Shown: positions 12,804-26,345 of the stretch, one piece after another
How positions within the stretch are numbered: position 1 is the stretch's first letter
Layout of the letters: the number at the start of each line of letters is the position of its first letter
Assembly (NCBI RefSeq): GCF_009914755.1
Contig: NC_060925.1
Origin: the human T2T-CHM13v2.0 reference genome, Homo sapiens
DNA length: 64,000 nt
Reading direction: 5' to 3' (one strand)
The notes under the pieces: model-generated
Database searches by the model: none
Seen by the model: the letters and a program-made list of their open reading frames with translations, nothing else
Told to the model about the DNA's origin: nothing
Made by a program: the position numbers and the translations under genes

Positions 12804-13169
12804 AAGCCTGTATAGCTGAAAGACAATATCCTTTTGACAAAAGTGGGTAAGTACACTACTTGATGCTTACAAATCAGTAGAAATCTAAGAAATAACAAGA
12901 GAAAATAAAAGCCATTTAGAACCAGGTTTGGTATTCAAAGAAGCAAGGTAAATAAATGGGTAATTGACATTGATAAGACTTGTCCAAAATAGGGAATTTT
13001 ATTAGAAAGTAAAACAATTAGGAGAAGCAAAGCATAGTGCTTTAATTATTAAATATCTCAAGTTGATAACCAAATTAAAAATCCCAGATATTATACCTCA
13101 GAATTTAATTTCGAGTATTAGTCCAAATGCAGCTAAAATGAATACCACCAAACTGTATATTCGAGAAGC

Positions 13170-13290
13170 ATTTTTATTATTTTATTTTAATTTTTAAAAA
13201 CTGTGATAAGAACACTTAACATGAGATCTTCCTTCTTAACAAATGTTTAAATGCACTATAAATATTGTTAACTCTAGGTCCAATGTTATA
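13170..13290 (-). mobile_element. Old L1 (L1MA/L1MB) 3' end fragment
   Basis: T-rich tail then GATAAGAACACTTAACATGAGATCT...CTTAACAAAT...TATTGTTAACT, typical of L1M 3' UTR ends. Confidence 0.65.
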
Positions 13291-13392
13291 AATGACACAC
13301 AAATACTTTTAGAAAGTGGGGGAAAAATATTTGATCTATAAATTTTTAAGCAATGATTGCCAGCTATTTCCCATTGCCATAACTATGCTAAG

Positions 13393-13516
13393 GACAGAAA
13401 AGTAGTTTCCTACACAATGCTTATCAATCCCTAAGTCATCTTTCCTCAATCACAAGACAGAAAAGTAGTTTTCTACACAATGCTTATGAATCTCTAAGTC
13501 ATCTTTCCTCAATCAC
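13393..13516. repeat. 63-bp period tandem duplication, 3 mismatches
   Basis: GACAGAAAAGTAGTTT(C/T)CTACACAATGCTTAT(C/G)AATC(C/T)CTAAGTCATCTTTCCTCAATCAC at 13393 and 13456. Confidence 0.95.
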
Positions 13517-15483
13517 TGACTTAGATAGATTCAGAATGACACTTGGTTAACTGTTTCCAGATAATTTATTACTGCAACCCAAACCAACCCTCTGCAAAGT
13601 TGCAAAGGTGATTAAGCTTATTGTTGGTTGCCTCATCTTCTCCAGTTTATACCCCTTCTTATCTTTACACCCATCCTAAGTGTAAAATCTACTTATTTTT
13701 CTCTTGTCTTTGAGAACATAAACGGAAACTCTATCCAAGTCTCAAAAAGCAGATATAAATTTGAATAGTCACTTCTTTGAGGAGTATTTTTTTTTTTGTA
13801 TTTTAATAAGAACCAAAACCTGGGAACCCTGCAAATACAGCTTCCATAGGACCCCATGTTTGTCTTTTTGGCACAGGGCAGGGAGTGGATAGTGCTGGTA
13901 GCCAAGGGCTGATCCAAACTCAGGAATGAAGCATAGGTGTTTAAGAATGACTCAGTCCCTTGCCTCTGGATTCATTCCCTATAAATGTCCAAAATTATTT
14001 TTATCACTGCAGCTGAAATTCTACCAAGTACAAATATATTTATCTTAACAAGCTTACTCATTTTAAAGGCAAATATTACAATGAGCGTTATATCTCATTT
14101 ACTTAGTATGTGTTGTTGTAACCTGATGTTTCCCTCTTCGCACTGACTACTACAAAATTATGGTTGATTTGAGACTAGGAGTTTAGGGGTCTGGAGATCA
14201 AGGGAGGCTGAAACGCTGAATTTGAGGGGTACACAATCATGGCATGTCTCAGAAAGCAGTAGGTATGATGGATGTAGATGTCTGGACCTAGTAGGTAGGC
14301 CCTCCAGTGTGAAGGTGTAACCATGCATCTGAAGTCAGAGAAGTGTTAAGTATCAGAAACAGATGAGACAGGTGCAGGTAAGATACACAGGAATAACAAG
14401 TGGTGGGTGGGAAGTTTAAATAATGTGCATGTTAGGATTAATATATCATGAAGGACAAGGTCAATTTTAAAGGTCAAAGCAGTAACCGTCATTCTGGGAG
14501 TTTGGGCATTGCAATATTTTAGAAATCAGGCAAAAGAGCATTGGAACTCAGGCAGAGAGCCTAGGCCATAGAAGTAAAGCACAGAATCAAGATGACCCTT
14601 TATCCAAACCTATTTCCTCCTTAATCAGTAACTTGCTTTAGTTTTTGTATGCTTATTGTTAAGACAGGAACTATGTCCCAAGAATGGCTGGCTTAGAATC
14701 TGCAGGTGGAATGAGTGAATATGATGTAGGGAAAAGGAATTTTCCATCCTATTGATCTAGATCTTCTTCTTTACTTATGTTTAATGACAGATTGGCCCCC
14801 GAGTCCATGGTTGTGCTGCAAAGACAGAACAGGATGAGCACACAATATACTAAACAGGCAACCTCCCAAATCGATAGGAAGCATACTTGCCTAGGCGAGC
14901 AATAGAAAATTCATCGTCTATTGGTAAAGTAATTATTAGTAGTAGACATCTAGTTAGGAGACAGAAGGAAGGAGAGCAAGTGGATGCAATTGACCCTGCT
15001 TGGGAAATCCTGAAGGCACAGCACTCAGATGGGCAATAACTTGCGCCACATGTAAAACTGCCTGCATGTGAGTTGATATAAGTACCAGGGTGCTGTCCTA
15101 GGGGATTAAACCCATAAAACATGGCCCTGAAACGTCTTACAGGATTAGCAATACATCACACTTGCGCACCAGAAGAGAACGGGATACATTCTACTGTGCC
15201 ATTATCTAGACTTGTGATCTATTGGCATAATAAAAATGTTAAGTGAATTTTTAATGACTGCATTGATACAAAGTAAGGTTCAAGCTTAGATAGTGTTTGT
15301 TTTCCATCACCAAAGAGTTTTGCAGCTTTTCTACAGATAATCCATAGGCTCACTAAAGCCTGTTTGAAACACCTTTCTGCAAAACCGTTCAGCAGTTACC
15401 AGGAGAAAACTGGCAAATGAGCTGTTATTAAAGAGAAAATGATGCATCAATGCTTACCTCTCATCCATTTAAAATAATTAACC

Positions 15484-15824
15484 CACTGGGAGCAGTGGCT
15501 CATGCCTGTAATCCCAGCAATTTGGGAGGCTGAGGCAGGCAGATCACTTGAGGTCAGGAGTTTAAAACCAGCCTGGCCAACAAGGCAAAACCCCATCTCT
15601 ACTAGCCTGGCCAACATGGCAAAACTCTGCCTCTACTAAAACTACAAAAATTAGCTGGGCATGGTGGCACATGCATGTAGTCCCAGCTACTCAGGAGGCT
15701 GAGGCAGAAGAATCGCTTGAACCGGGGGGCACAGGCTGCAGTGAGCCGAAATCACACCACTGCACTCCAGCCTGGGCAACAGAGGGAGACTCCATCTGAA
15801 AAAATAAATAAAATAAAATGAGAT
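15484..15824 (+). mobile_element. AluS-type element with an internal 34-bp duplication in the left arm
   Basis: Alu dimer; TSD aaaataattaaccc at 15471-15484 and 15825-15838. Confidence 0.93.
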
Positions 15825-15875
15825 AAAATAATTAACCCCTACTTGGAAACAGTTTTAGTGTCAAGCGATTTATTA

Positions 15876-16176
<301 letters not shown>

Positions 16177-16764
16177 TAGATGCATATCTTTAAAAAGCAA
16201 CCTTTGCTTTTCAATATTATGTGCAGAAAAATACTGAGAAGAATAAATCCCCAGTGTGTAATTACAGTTGATAAGAAATAAGACACAGATAGTCACTTGC
16301 CCAAGTCATGTAGAGGACTCCTTATTTCCTTTAATAAATTAAAGGAGTGGTGGCAAATGTAACTCATGTCCACACAGAAGCCCCCCAAGAGATGTCTCTG
16401 GGCTGGAACCCTTGCCTAAGACCTTTTCTAGTTAAACTTGGTCATGGTTCCAGTTCAGTGAATCACAAGGCAGTGAGAATAGTGACATTCTGATATACAT
16501 AGGTCAGTCCAGTGTGGAAACATTAAAATTTTGGGCACAGATAATACCAATCAACACAACGGGAATTGCTATGTGCATTTTGAATTGTTCTTAGAGGAAA
16601 AAGAACCAGCTTTGGTAATGAGAATGGCAATTCTCTTTTTGACAGCTTCTACTACTGGCAAATATCAATGCCAATTATTTGAAGTACTCCCCAAGTTAAT
16701 CACTGTATATGAATTAGGTTACAGTTTTGAACCTGCCTCTTCTTATGCAAAACCCAAGGGAAAG

Positions 16765-16900
16765 CAGAGTTTGAAACATCCCAATTCTTCCTTGATATTC
16801 TACATGATCTTGGGTAAGTCATGAATCTTTATAAATTCAGACTTTCCTTTTGAGAAAAATGATCATTAAGCCCTCTACTCATGCTTATTATAGTGATTAG
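16765..16900 (+). mobile_element. MIR fragment
   Basis: GATCTTGGGTAAGTCATGAATCTT...TTTCC...GAAAAATG MIR core. Confidence 0.55.
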
Positions 16901-18314
16901 TTTAAGTTTCAGTTGTTTTAGTTTTTGAAACATGGTACTAATGAGTGAAAGGCCACATATTTAAGCTCTGGGTGGGCTGTTTAACTTTGTTCTGTTATGT
17001 GATCATACTTTATCATAACCAGGGATTTGGGCCAAATAAAATATCAATTTGGTTCAAGTTTATTTCAGAAAATATTCTGATGCTCTAGTTTCATTCTGGT
17101 TCAGTGGTTTTCAAAAATACAGGTTTGGTGTCTGTTCAAAAGTTCTCACTAGGTTTTAAAACAAAAAAAAATGGTTGTGTTACTTCTTGGTAAGTGATGC
17201 TCAGCTCAAGTTTCATTAGATCAGTAGTTCATTCCAACTTTGTATAAATTGAGTTTATAGTTGGAAATGGTTCAATTTTCAGCAACTAACTTTAAGTCAG
17301 ATATCTCAAAAATAGACATTGCTAGTCACAAAAGAAACAATGAAGGAGCGAATGGAGAGATTTGGTGCATTTCTTTAACCTATACTATCAAGATAAATTC
17401 TACTGCAAGTGGAAAAATCACATCATGCTATACAAGCAGGACTCATGAGGACTCAATCATAAAAGTCGGTTTTCTTCTCTTTCCCACAATATTGTTAAAC
17501 CTGCTTAGTGGGGATATTCCTTCCCTTCCCATAGGATAAAAACTTGAAGAGCCTCATAATTTCCTGGTTATTCTTAGGAAATAAGAGAAAGATAAAACTG
17601 CAATCTCAATTCAGTAATTCATTGTGTCTAGTAATAGTCCCTTATAATAGTCAAAACTTCAAAGATTCTTAAAATCTAAATTTTCTCCACTCCCCCAGCT
17701 GGTCCTGCTGTAGGTGACACACTGCATAAAGAAAGTATGCTCCTTCCTCTCTCTGCCTGCTCTTCCCGCTCCTGATTGGCCCATGATTGGACCCTCCAGC
17801 AAAGGAGTAAAGAAGCTGTGTGTGCTTGAGCAGGGGAGATCTCACAAGCCAGGACTATGTGAGACAGCTGTGCACTCTCAGCACCTGGCAGATTTGTCAA
17901 ATGACTTTTTCTTTTATGAAAACGTTTGTGAACATCAGAAAGCAGAGACCTTCTCTTCTGCTTTGGTGAATCTCTCCCAATGTTTCATAGGTAATATTAA
18001 GTTGGGAAAGAAGAAGAGGAAAATAAAGAAAATAAAACAGAAGACAATATAAGCCTTGTTATGAAAGCACTTGCCATATACCCAGGGCATTGGCATTAAA
18101 AGCAGAAAAAACCTACATAATACTACGAATAATATAGGAATAAAAAGACATAACTGAATACATCCATGTACATAGGAGTGGAGAGGCTAACTGTATAAAA
18201 GGAAGGATATGGCAAATGTTTTGGAGATAATAAAACTTGAGCAGAATTCAGCTGGTAGAGGATGAGAGAAGGCATTCCAGGCAGTGAGAACAGCATGTAA
18301 AATGTTGGAGAGGG

Positions 18315-18614
18315 GGCCAGTGTGGTGGCTCACCCCTGTAATCCTGGCACTTTGGGAGGCCGAGGTGGGAGGATCACTGGAGGCCGGAGTTCGAGACCAG
18401 CCTGGCCAACATGGTGAAATCCTATCTCTACAAAAAAATACAAAAATTAGCCAGTCACGGTGGCATGCACCTGTAATCCAAGTTACTGGGAAGGCTGAGG
18501 TGGGAGAATCAATTGAATCCAGGAGGCAGAGGTTACAGTGAGCTGAGATTGCCCCACTGTACTCCAGCCTGGCCGATAGAGCAATACTTAGTCTCAAAAA
18601 AAAGAAAAAAAAAA
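18315..18614 (+). mobile_element. Alu (old AluS/AluJ), full length
   Basis: Alu dimer with middle A-rich linker and A-tail; preceded by an L2-like fragment (GGCATTCCAGGCAGTGAGAACAGCATG). Confidence 0.92.
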
Positions 18615-19364
18615 GTCTGACAGGTAGAAAGAGACATGACAATTAAGGGAGGACATTTGAGTGACTTACTCAGTGGTGGTAAATCAATCTCTAGCAAGAA
18701 ATCAGAACTACTTTGGAGGTAAAGGTAAGAGGGCACCATTCATTATGAATAATCAGAAAATTTTAATTTGATTCAACATGGAATTGGAAACTCTCTTAAA
18801 GACTCAAGAAATAAAATTTGATGATTAAAATATTGAGAACAATGACCTTGAGAATGTGTGTGTGTGGGACCAAAGAAGAGGGTTTTGCTTGTAAGATATC
18901 TGAAGAACCAGGTCTGGTAACAATAGAATACTCTTGTGAAATTCAGATGGCCTCCTATTTTCCAACTCAAAGAGATAAACGAAATTTCCCTGTGTTTTTA
19001 AAATCATTTAAAATTTCTTCTCATTCTACCATAATCCTGTCCACAGATCCTTTCCTGGTGATTGGTGAAGAAAATGGTCCTCTATGTAGCAATGTCACCG
19101 CTATATGGTCATGCCATTCTTTCATACAGTGCTTTTGAGGCATGTGAGCAAAATGTAGCTTTATGGCTTTTGAATAGTATGCTTTTTTAAGTCCCAGGAA
19201 GAAGTGTTTATCAGTATTTTATGGAAGTGAAGAGAGCTTTTGTCCTCACTTTGGACAATAGAACCTCTTCCTATCTGATGCAAGGGTGTTATGAACAGAG
19301 CATTTGGATATTTGGTGAAGCATTTTAAAGCACCAGAGCCTCTACTCTCCAAATCATGATCTAG

Positions 19365-19530
19365 ATTATTATCCCTTCAGTCCTGTGAGGGGTGATTTCC
19401 ATTGTCCAAATGAAAAAACTGGAGCTCAGAAGGAATATGTGCATTACTCAAGCCACACGACACAAACAGGAAATGCAAGGACTCAAATCCAGATCCTACG
19501 ATTCCAAGTTCCTGGCTATTTTTCTCAACA
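19365..19530 (-). mobile_element. MIR fragment
   Basis: CAAATGAAAAAACTGGAGCTCAGA...GGACTCAAATCCAGATC. Confidence 0.6.
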
Positions 19531-21735
19531 CTAAGCAAGTGGCATGAACAGCTGTCCATGTGCTAGTCATTGAGCTTATTCTGTCTGCTTCATTTTATGA
19601 AAGCATTACCCCACGTCCTAGGAACAATGTGAGACTATATCATTAGCAAATTTGTTAATACGGACATGTCATGTTAAGTCACAAAGAGACTACCTCAATT
19701 ATTGTTCCTTTGATTGATTTTTGGTAGGGATACAGAGGAATTTTGGTTGTGGTTTAGCCTTACCACATATTGCAAACATCAACATGCACTATATTAACTG
19801 TCTAAAAGGAGCTTACTGTTTTAAATGGTTGTTAAAGAATGACAATTTTAAGTCGTATTAATAATTGAATTCCAAGAACTACTTTTATGAAAACCACTAA
19901 ACAATTCCTTCAAGACTTGAGTGATTACGAAAGAGACAACGAAACACAGACGTGTCTAATAGGTAGGATGTAGGAGAGACCACTGAAACTTTTGATTATA
20001 GACTTAGGAATTCAGAATAAACCCAGATAGAAGAGCATTCTATTAATGAAAGCTACTTACCTGACTTTGCTCCTTCTAGGAGAAAATCAGAATCTTGAAA
20101 AGAATATTTAAGGAGAACCCAATCAATAGATAAAATATTATCTGAGCAATTATTTACCATGAGACCTTATAAATATTATTAGGTTAATTACCAATAATGA
20201 AGAACATATGCATTTTTATGAGGCACACTTGCATACCGTTGTAGACAGGTGAAAATTTCACTCATATTACTCTTAGATGTGCAAAGAAAATTTAATTTCT
20301 ATATTTTTTTCTGACTCTAATCTCCCTCAGGAGTCTCTATCTCTTGTAAATAAGGGAAAAACTGTTATCCAATCTCACAAATATGCTCTACCCAATAATT
20401 TAATTTCAGTGTTTCAGATAGCCTCTTCTTTCCACTGCTCCTCCAAGATGACACTTGGTGGATAAGTGGAGGAGCTTTATGGAACCCTTTTTCTGGGCTG
20501 TGGAAAAAGACAGAGGCCTTAAAAGCTGAGTCCTCACACTTTCTGAGTGAAAAGACTATTCTGCTTGGCTCCTTGGACTTGTGATGGCTGAAGTAAAATC
20601 AATCCTGCCTGACGTGTTGGCAACACCTCAGAAGTATGTAGTCCCAGCCAGTTGCCCCAGCCATGGAGTCTCCCATCCATGGCAGCCTGTTCTTTCCATC
20701 CTCAGGGTCATGCTGCTTTATTTGGACCTCTCAGAACTCTGTTCCCCTTCACATAGGGGAGCACATAGGAACTTCTAGATTTCTAATGTGCTGCACATTT
20801 CACATGGAGCCAGGGTGCTGCGTGAGGCTGATCTATCTAGCTACTGCCACCTACCAGTTGTTCTATTTCCCTTGTAGTCAGGGGACCTCTTCAAGACTTG
20901 AAACCTTCTCTTCTTTCACTCTGAGAAACTCACCACACATTCCTTTTCCTTACTTCTCTTCTTGGTCACCTTCTTACTAATTTGAATATTTCTGCCACAG
21001 CTCCACTTTGGGTTTCCACCTTAAGAAAGGGAAGGCAAGGATACAAAAACCCTTCTGCATTCTACTCTCAATGCCTTTCTTTCCACAAAGTGCTTGGGTA
21101 GAAGAGTTGGGATTTTCATTTCTCTCTGTTTGGCATGGATTTCTCTTATGTAAAAATGTTATAACTAAATCATCCAGGCTTCTGATATGAAGGGATCTAC
21201 AGATATTTAAAAATCTTCTCCCTGCCAACAACTGGCATTCCAAAAGGTCAGCATTGAGACCCATAGACTACTGGTAACTTCACTTCATTGTTAGAGGTGG
21301 TACCTGCTCCTCTTTCCCTAAAATATAAGCTATAGCTCAGACTTAGAGGCAAGTGTTTTCAGATAACATGACTTAGTGAGGAAATGGAATCCGTTAGTTT
21401 AAATCTCCCTAAATCTCATCAAACTTCAAATTATAAACACAGTAATGTGGGGTTTTGATAGAAACTTACAACTTCTTTTCACCAGGTTTTTTTGTGAAAA
21501 GTATTAGCTAGTATAACACAGATAATTGCTGTCTTCTGGTCTAGTCTGTACTTCTCTTTTCCTGATTCTGATGATATTTTTTATGTCATGTAATTTTTTT
21601 GTGTTCATTGCCAATCTGCGCCATCTAAATTCTCTCCCTTCTGCGTCTTATTTCCTCTTCTCATCCTTCTGTCCTTTATTTATTCACTAATTTTTATTAA
21701 AATGATGTTTTATTTTCATTTATAAAACAATACAT

Positions 21736-22560
21736 GTTGAATATTAGCCCCCAATCTCTTCTGGCTTGTAGGGTTGCCACTGAGAGGTTCACTGTTATTC
21801 TGATGGGCCTCCCTTTGCAGGTGACCTGGCATTTCAGTTAGATACCATCTCACACCAGTCAGAATGGTGGTTATTAAAGAGTCAAGAAACAACAGATGCT
21901 GGCAAGGCTGTGGAGAAATATAATAGGAATGCTTTTACATTATTGGTGGGAATGTAAATTTGTCCAACCATTGTAGAAGACAGTGTGGTAATTCCTCAAA
22001 GACCTAGAAACAGAAATGCCATTTGACCTAGTAATCTCATTACTGGGTATATACCAAAAGGAATATAAATCATTCTATTATAAAGATACATGCACATGTA
22101 TGTTCATTGCAACGCTATTCACAATAGCAAAGACATAGTATCAACCCAAATGTCCTATACTTGATAAAGAATATATGATATATATACACCATAGAATACT
22201 ATGCAGCCATAAAAAGGAATGAGATCATGTCCTTTGCAGGGACACGGATGGAGCTGGAAGCCATTATCTTCAGCAAACTAACACAGGAACAGAAAACCAA
22301 ACACTGCATGCTTTTGCGTATAAGTGAGAGCTGAACAATGAGAACACCTGGCCATGGGCGGTGGAAACAACACACACTGGGGTCTGGCCAGAGGGTGGGG
22401 AGAGGGAAAGCATCATGAAAGATAGCTAATGCATTCTTGGCTTAATACCCAGGTGATGGGTTGATAGGTGCAGCAAACCATTATGGCACACGTTTACCTA
22501 TGTAACAAACCTGTACATCCTGCACACATATCCCGGAGCTTAAAATATAAAACATAATAA
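21736..22560 (+). mobile_element. L1PA (~L1PA8-13) 5'-inverted insertion: inverted ORF1 piece 21736-21835 plus forward ORF2 end/3' UTR 21840-22560
   Basis: 21736-21835 is the reverse complement of L1 ORF1 (QVTCKGRPIRITVNLSVATLQARRDWGLIFN). 21840 onward is AGATACCATCTCACACCAGTCAGAATGG through the 3' UTR and A-rich tail; aatacat occurs on both flanks. Confidence 0.88.
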
Positions 22561-23099
22561 TAATACATCCCACTTATGAAACATTCTTAAATACAGAGGG
22601 ATACGAAAAACAAATACAAATCTCTCCAAAATCTAACTGCTGATGTATCTCCAAGTTGTGTTCTCCTTACTCAACAAGAAAAATAGAAAATATTTTAAAT
22701 CTTTTAGGAAGACGCATAAACTGAGCAAATTGGCTTCATACATTAAGAAACAACACAGATTTTGACATTTCCTGAAATACATTAACTATTAGCTCAGCAG
22801 CAACTCACTAAATGCTCCTGTTAAACTATTTCATGCTCTTTGGTACATGTGAAAATGTGAATGATGAATTATAATACTTAGAACTATAAACATTTTATTT
22901 AAATATTGTTATCAGACATGTACATACGTGTTTTCGCAAAAATTATTCTTCCAACTTTGCATTGATTTCTCTGTCTTCACAAATCTGTTGTACTTGTGGG
23001 TGTTGTGTATAGTTTTATATGTGTAGCTCTTCAAACCCCTAAGGAAACAACTCTTACACAGGTATTGAAAACCGAAAAGGCAAAAAGTGAACACTAAAA

Positions 23100-23555
23100 T
23101 ATCACGGAGTCAATAACTACAGGAAATAGCTCCCCTGACTTCTCTTGGGAAAGGAGCCCAGTGGAACTGATATTCCAATCCCTGAGAAAGGAGTCCTGTC
23201 CAGCTGATACTGGTGTCTCTAGAGAGGCATGAGAAGGCTGGTTCTGTGAATGCTGGAAAAGCCACAAAATAGAATCAGTGACTGCAACTTGAATGAACTG
23301 CTGCTTCCAGGGTGAAAAAATGTTGCTAGGATGTCACCGACCAAGAACAGGAAGCAACATCAGAAACAGGAAAATATCCCCCCTTCCTCCTCCAGATTTG
23401 AATTCTTTGTCTAGTGCTTCCTATGAGAAGAAACTAACAGAATGCAGCTGGCAATGCCAAAATGTTGTTTACAGAGTCCCAGCTCTGGCATCTTAAAGCC
23501 AGTGTAGGTTGGCGGCTTGAAATTGAGAGACAATAGATAGCTTAATAATTGGCTC
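23100..23555. mobile_element. Ancient LTR-like element (LTR78/MamGyp-like)
   Basis: GAGAGACAATAG...CTTAATAATTGGC end and CAGAGTCCCAGC motif resemble recalled old LTR consensus; family uncertain. Confidence 0.4.
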
Positions 23556-24514
23556 ATTCACCTAGACTATAAATATCTATAGAGCAAGCACAACAACTCA
23601 TACTTTAAAAAATATGTATTATATGTAGTAAATGGAATACTAATGGAGATAGCAGGTGTCTAATTCGTTAAAAATTAACTGTCAAATACTCACTTTTTTA
23701 CACTGTCTTTATATAACATTTATTCTGAGAGGTGCTAAAGAATTATCAGCGTTGTTTTTTTCATTTGCTAATATTAAAATGTATTACTTATTCATTTAAT
23801 TCTAAAAGCTTAGCAATATTAAATGCTAAACTAGGTACTACAAACTAAATGATAGTCTCTGGAAAGGACAGTTTAAAAAAAAATTCTGTTGCCACATAAA
23901 GCCATGTAAAGCACCAAGAGTCTCATATAAACAGAATTAGGGTTTGTTTTGCCATATTGTGGATTTTGCTAAAATGCCCAATCATATCATCCCTCCTACT
24001 TAACATTTGTTCCCCACAAAGAGATAGACTGATAGAATTGACTGAAATAGTTAATGAAATGTCATGTGAATTGGTCGAGAATTGTTTCTACTTTAAGTTG
24101 CAATGTTTAGCTTAACAGTGTAAAACTTGTATAAGTTTGACAAGTTATTTAATTTTCTCAAGTCTCAAGTAAGGGAGCTTAATGATCCTCCATTCATTTT
24201 CCTTCCAAGGCCACATTATTTTCAGTTTCATAGAAGAAAAGGGATAATATGCGATTATGTTATCAAAGGATTATTTAGCACACTTTTTATTCCCTCATTA
24301 ACCTGAGCATGCAAAGGTGTATAAAAGACAAGAAACCCAATAATCATTTTTAATAAGTTGCTAAATAGCTCTTTTTGAAATATGCATCCTGCACCTCCTC
24401 CCCACTTCATGGTTCACATTGCCATAAGCATACTTTGTTTTTGCAAATAAGATGATAAAAATGAGCATGCTAATTTAGTGGAGGAGAATGCCAACATCTT
24501 GCTGTTCTTCAGGC

Positions 24515-24860
24515 GATCAAGCATATTCTCATCTCAGTGTTTTTGAATGTGCTGGCTTTTCTTCCTGAGAGGCTCTTTCCCCATAGTTCCTTTCCACACT
24601 TTGGTTAAGTCTCTGCTCTATTGCCATTGCCTCAGAAAGACCTTTGGATTTCACACTATTTAAATCCCATCAGCACCATTCTCTGCCTCTTTATCCTGCT
24701 TCATTCTTTTTAAGGACACCTAAAAAGGATACCTGAAGCTATGTTTATTTATTTGTTTGTTTCCTTGTTTATTTCATGTCTCCCCACTAAGAAGTGCACT
24801 TATAAGATGATAGACTTTGTCTGTACACAGTGCTCCCGCAGCCACCAGAACAGTGTTTGA
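24515..24860 (+). mobile_element. L2 3' region
   Basis: TCTCCCCACTAAGAAGTGCAC...GACTTTGTCTG...CCAGAACAGTGTTTG pattern of the L2 3' end. Confidence 0.65.
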
Positions 24861-25137
24861 AAATTAAAATGGGAAGAAAATAGGATGGAAAAAGCAGGAA
24901 ATAAATATTGTCGAGTACTTGCTTCACGTCAAATACGTTGGTTGAATTACTACATATGCCTGGGACTAAATTAAGAAGTAACAGGAAAAACAATGACCAA
25001 GATACAGATTTTTGCCACTTATGAGTTCATGATCCAGATATCGAATATATTAATTTTTTATTAAAATAATGAATATATTAATGTTTATTAAAATAATGCC
25101 AAAGAGAACCACCAATGAGATTTTAAGGGTATGGAGG

Positions 25138-25660
25138 TATATTAGTTAGAGCCCTTCTAGTCATAAGAGACAGAAACCAAACTCAAACCTGCTTATGCAA
25201 AGAGTTTATTTCGTTGCACAATTGAAAGGTCCAATTATAAAACTGGATGAGAATGCCCTGATGTTGTCATTAACAGTCTATCTTCCTTCATTTTCCTGTC
25301 TCTGCTTTTATACGTGTATTCTTAGGGAGGGTCTTCCCCTGAGAGGTAACAAAAGCTGCCACCAGGAGCTATAAACTTACTTTCTGTTGGCAACAAGAGT
25401 CCTTTCCTCCACCCTCTAACCCCAGATCTAGCAACAGTTCTGGGAAGACTGTTATTGACAAGGCATACACCATAAGCCTTAAGCCCATTCCTGATCCCTT
25501 CATTTGGACTGATTGATCAGGCCTAGGTCATGTGTTCACCTTTGATATCAGGGGATGGGGTCATGGTCTGAGAAGTGGTAAGCATGAATTCCCATGGGAA
25601 GTCAATGTATTTTCAGATAAGGATGCAGCAAGAGACAAAAATCACAGATCTCCACTACAA
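25138..25660 (-). mobile_element. Old MLT1-type MaLR LTR
   Basis: TATTAGTTAG...GACAGAAACCAAACTCAAAC terminus and GATCAGGCCTAGGTCATGTG motif. Confidence 0.6.
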
Positions 25661-26159
25661 ACTCTGTATTTGCACCACTAGTTCTGCATGTTATATGCTC
25701 CCATTTCTTCAGCTTATTAGTAGTTTTTCAGAGAAGCTATTAAGAAAAGAGTAATGTCACCTAGGTGGTATGAAAAGAATATATGATTATTACATTCCTT
25801 AGTATCCATTAAAGAATATAAAATCCCATGCAAGCAGTTTACTACTAGGAATATACAATGGTCATCCAGGTCATAAAAACAATTGTGTACAAAACAGAAT
25901 AATGGAAGTAGTAAAGAAGAATGAGATTGGTAATACATATAATGAAGCAATTCGTTGTTTAAAGACAGAACTTGGGGAGCAATGCATTATCTGATGGTAT
26001 GGGGCTGTTTAACATGTTGGTATGATGCTCAGTCCTAAGTCATATTTTCACTGTTTGCCTTCCACCTCCAAAAAATGCACCCTCCTTACTGATATTAATA
26101 AGCAATATTAATAGCTAAAATTAATCACATACTAATAATACTAAAAGCTAAAGCATACT

Positions 26160-26343
26160 ACTATTAGCTAAAATGTATTAGTATGTACTACTCTAAACAC
26201 TTTACATATAAGAAATCATTTAATCCTGGCATCATTAGAAGTAGATTCTTTCACTACCCCCATTTTATCCATGAGGAAACTGATGCCAGAGAGGCTAAGA
26301 AACTAGTCAAGGTTTACGACAAGTAAATGCCAGAACCAGAATG
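26160..26343 (-). mobile_element. MIR interrupted by the L1MA insertion (resumes ~27200-27230)
   Basis: CCCATTTTATCCATGAGGAAACTGATGCCAGAGAGGCTAAG core. Confidence 0.75.
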
Positions 26344-26345
26344 TC

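Noticed and set aside
18187-18642. 151-aa ORF (and similar ORFs at 8538, 15910, 29857, 33654 and 50809)
   Set aside because: Typical antisense-Alu translations.
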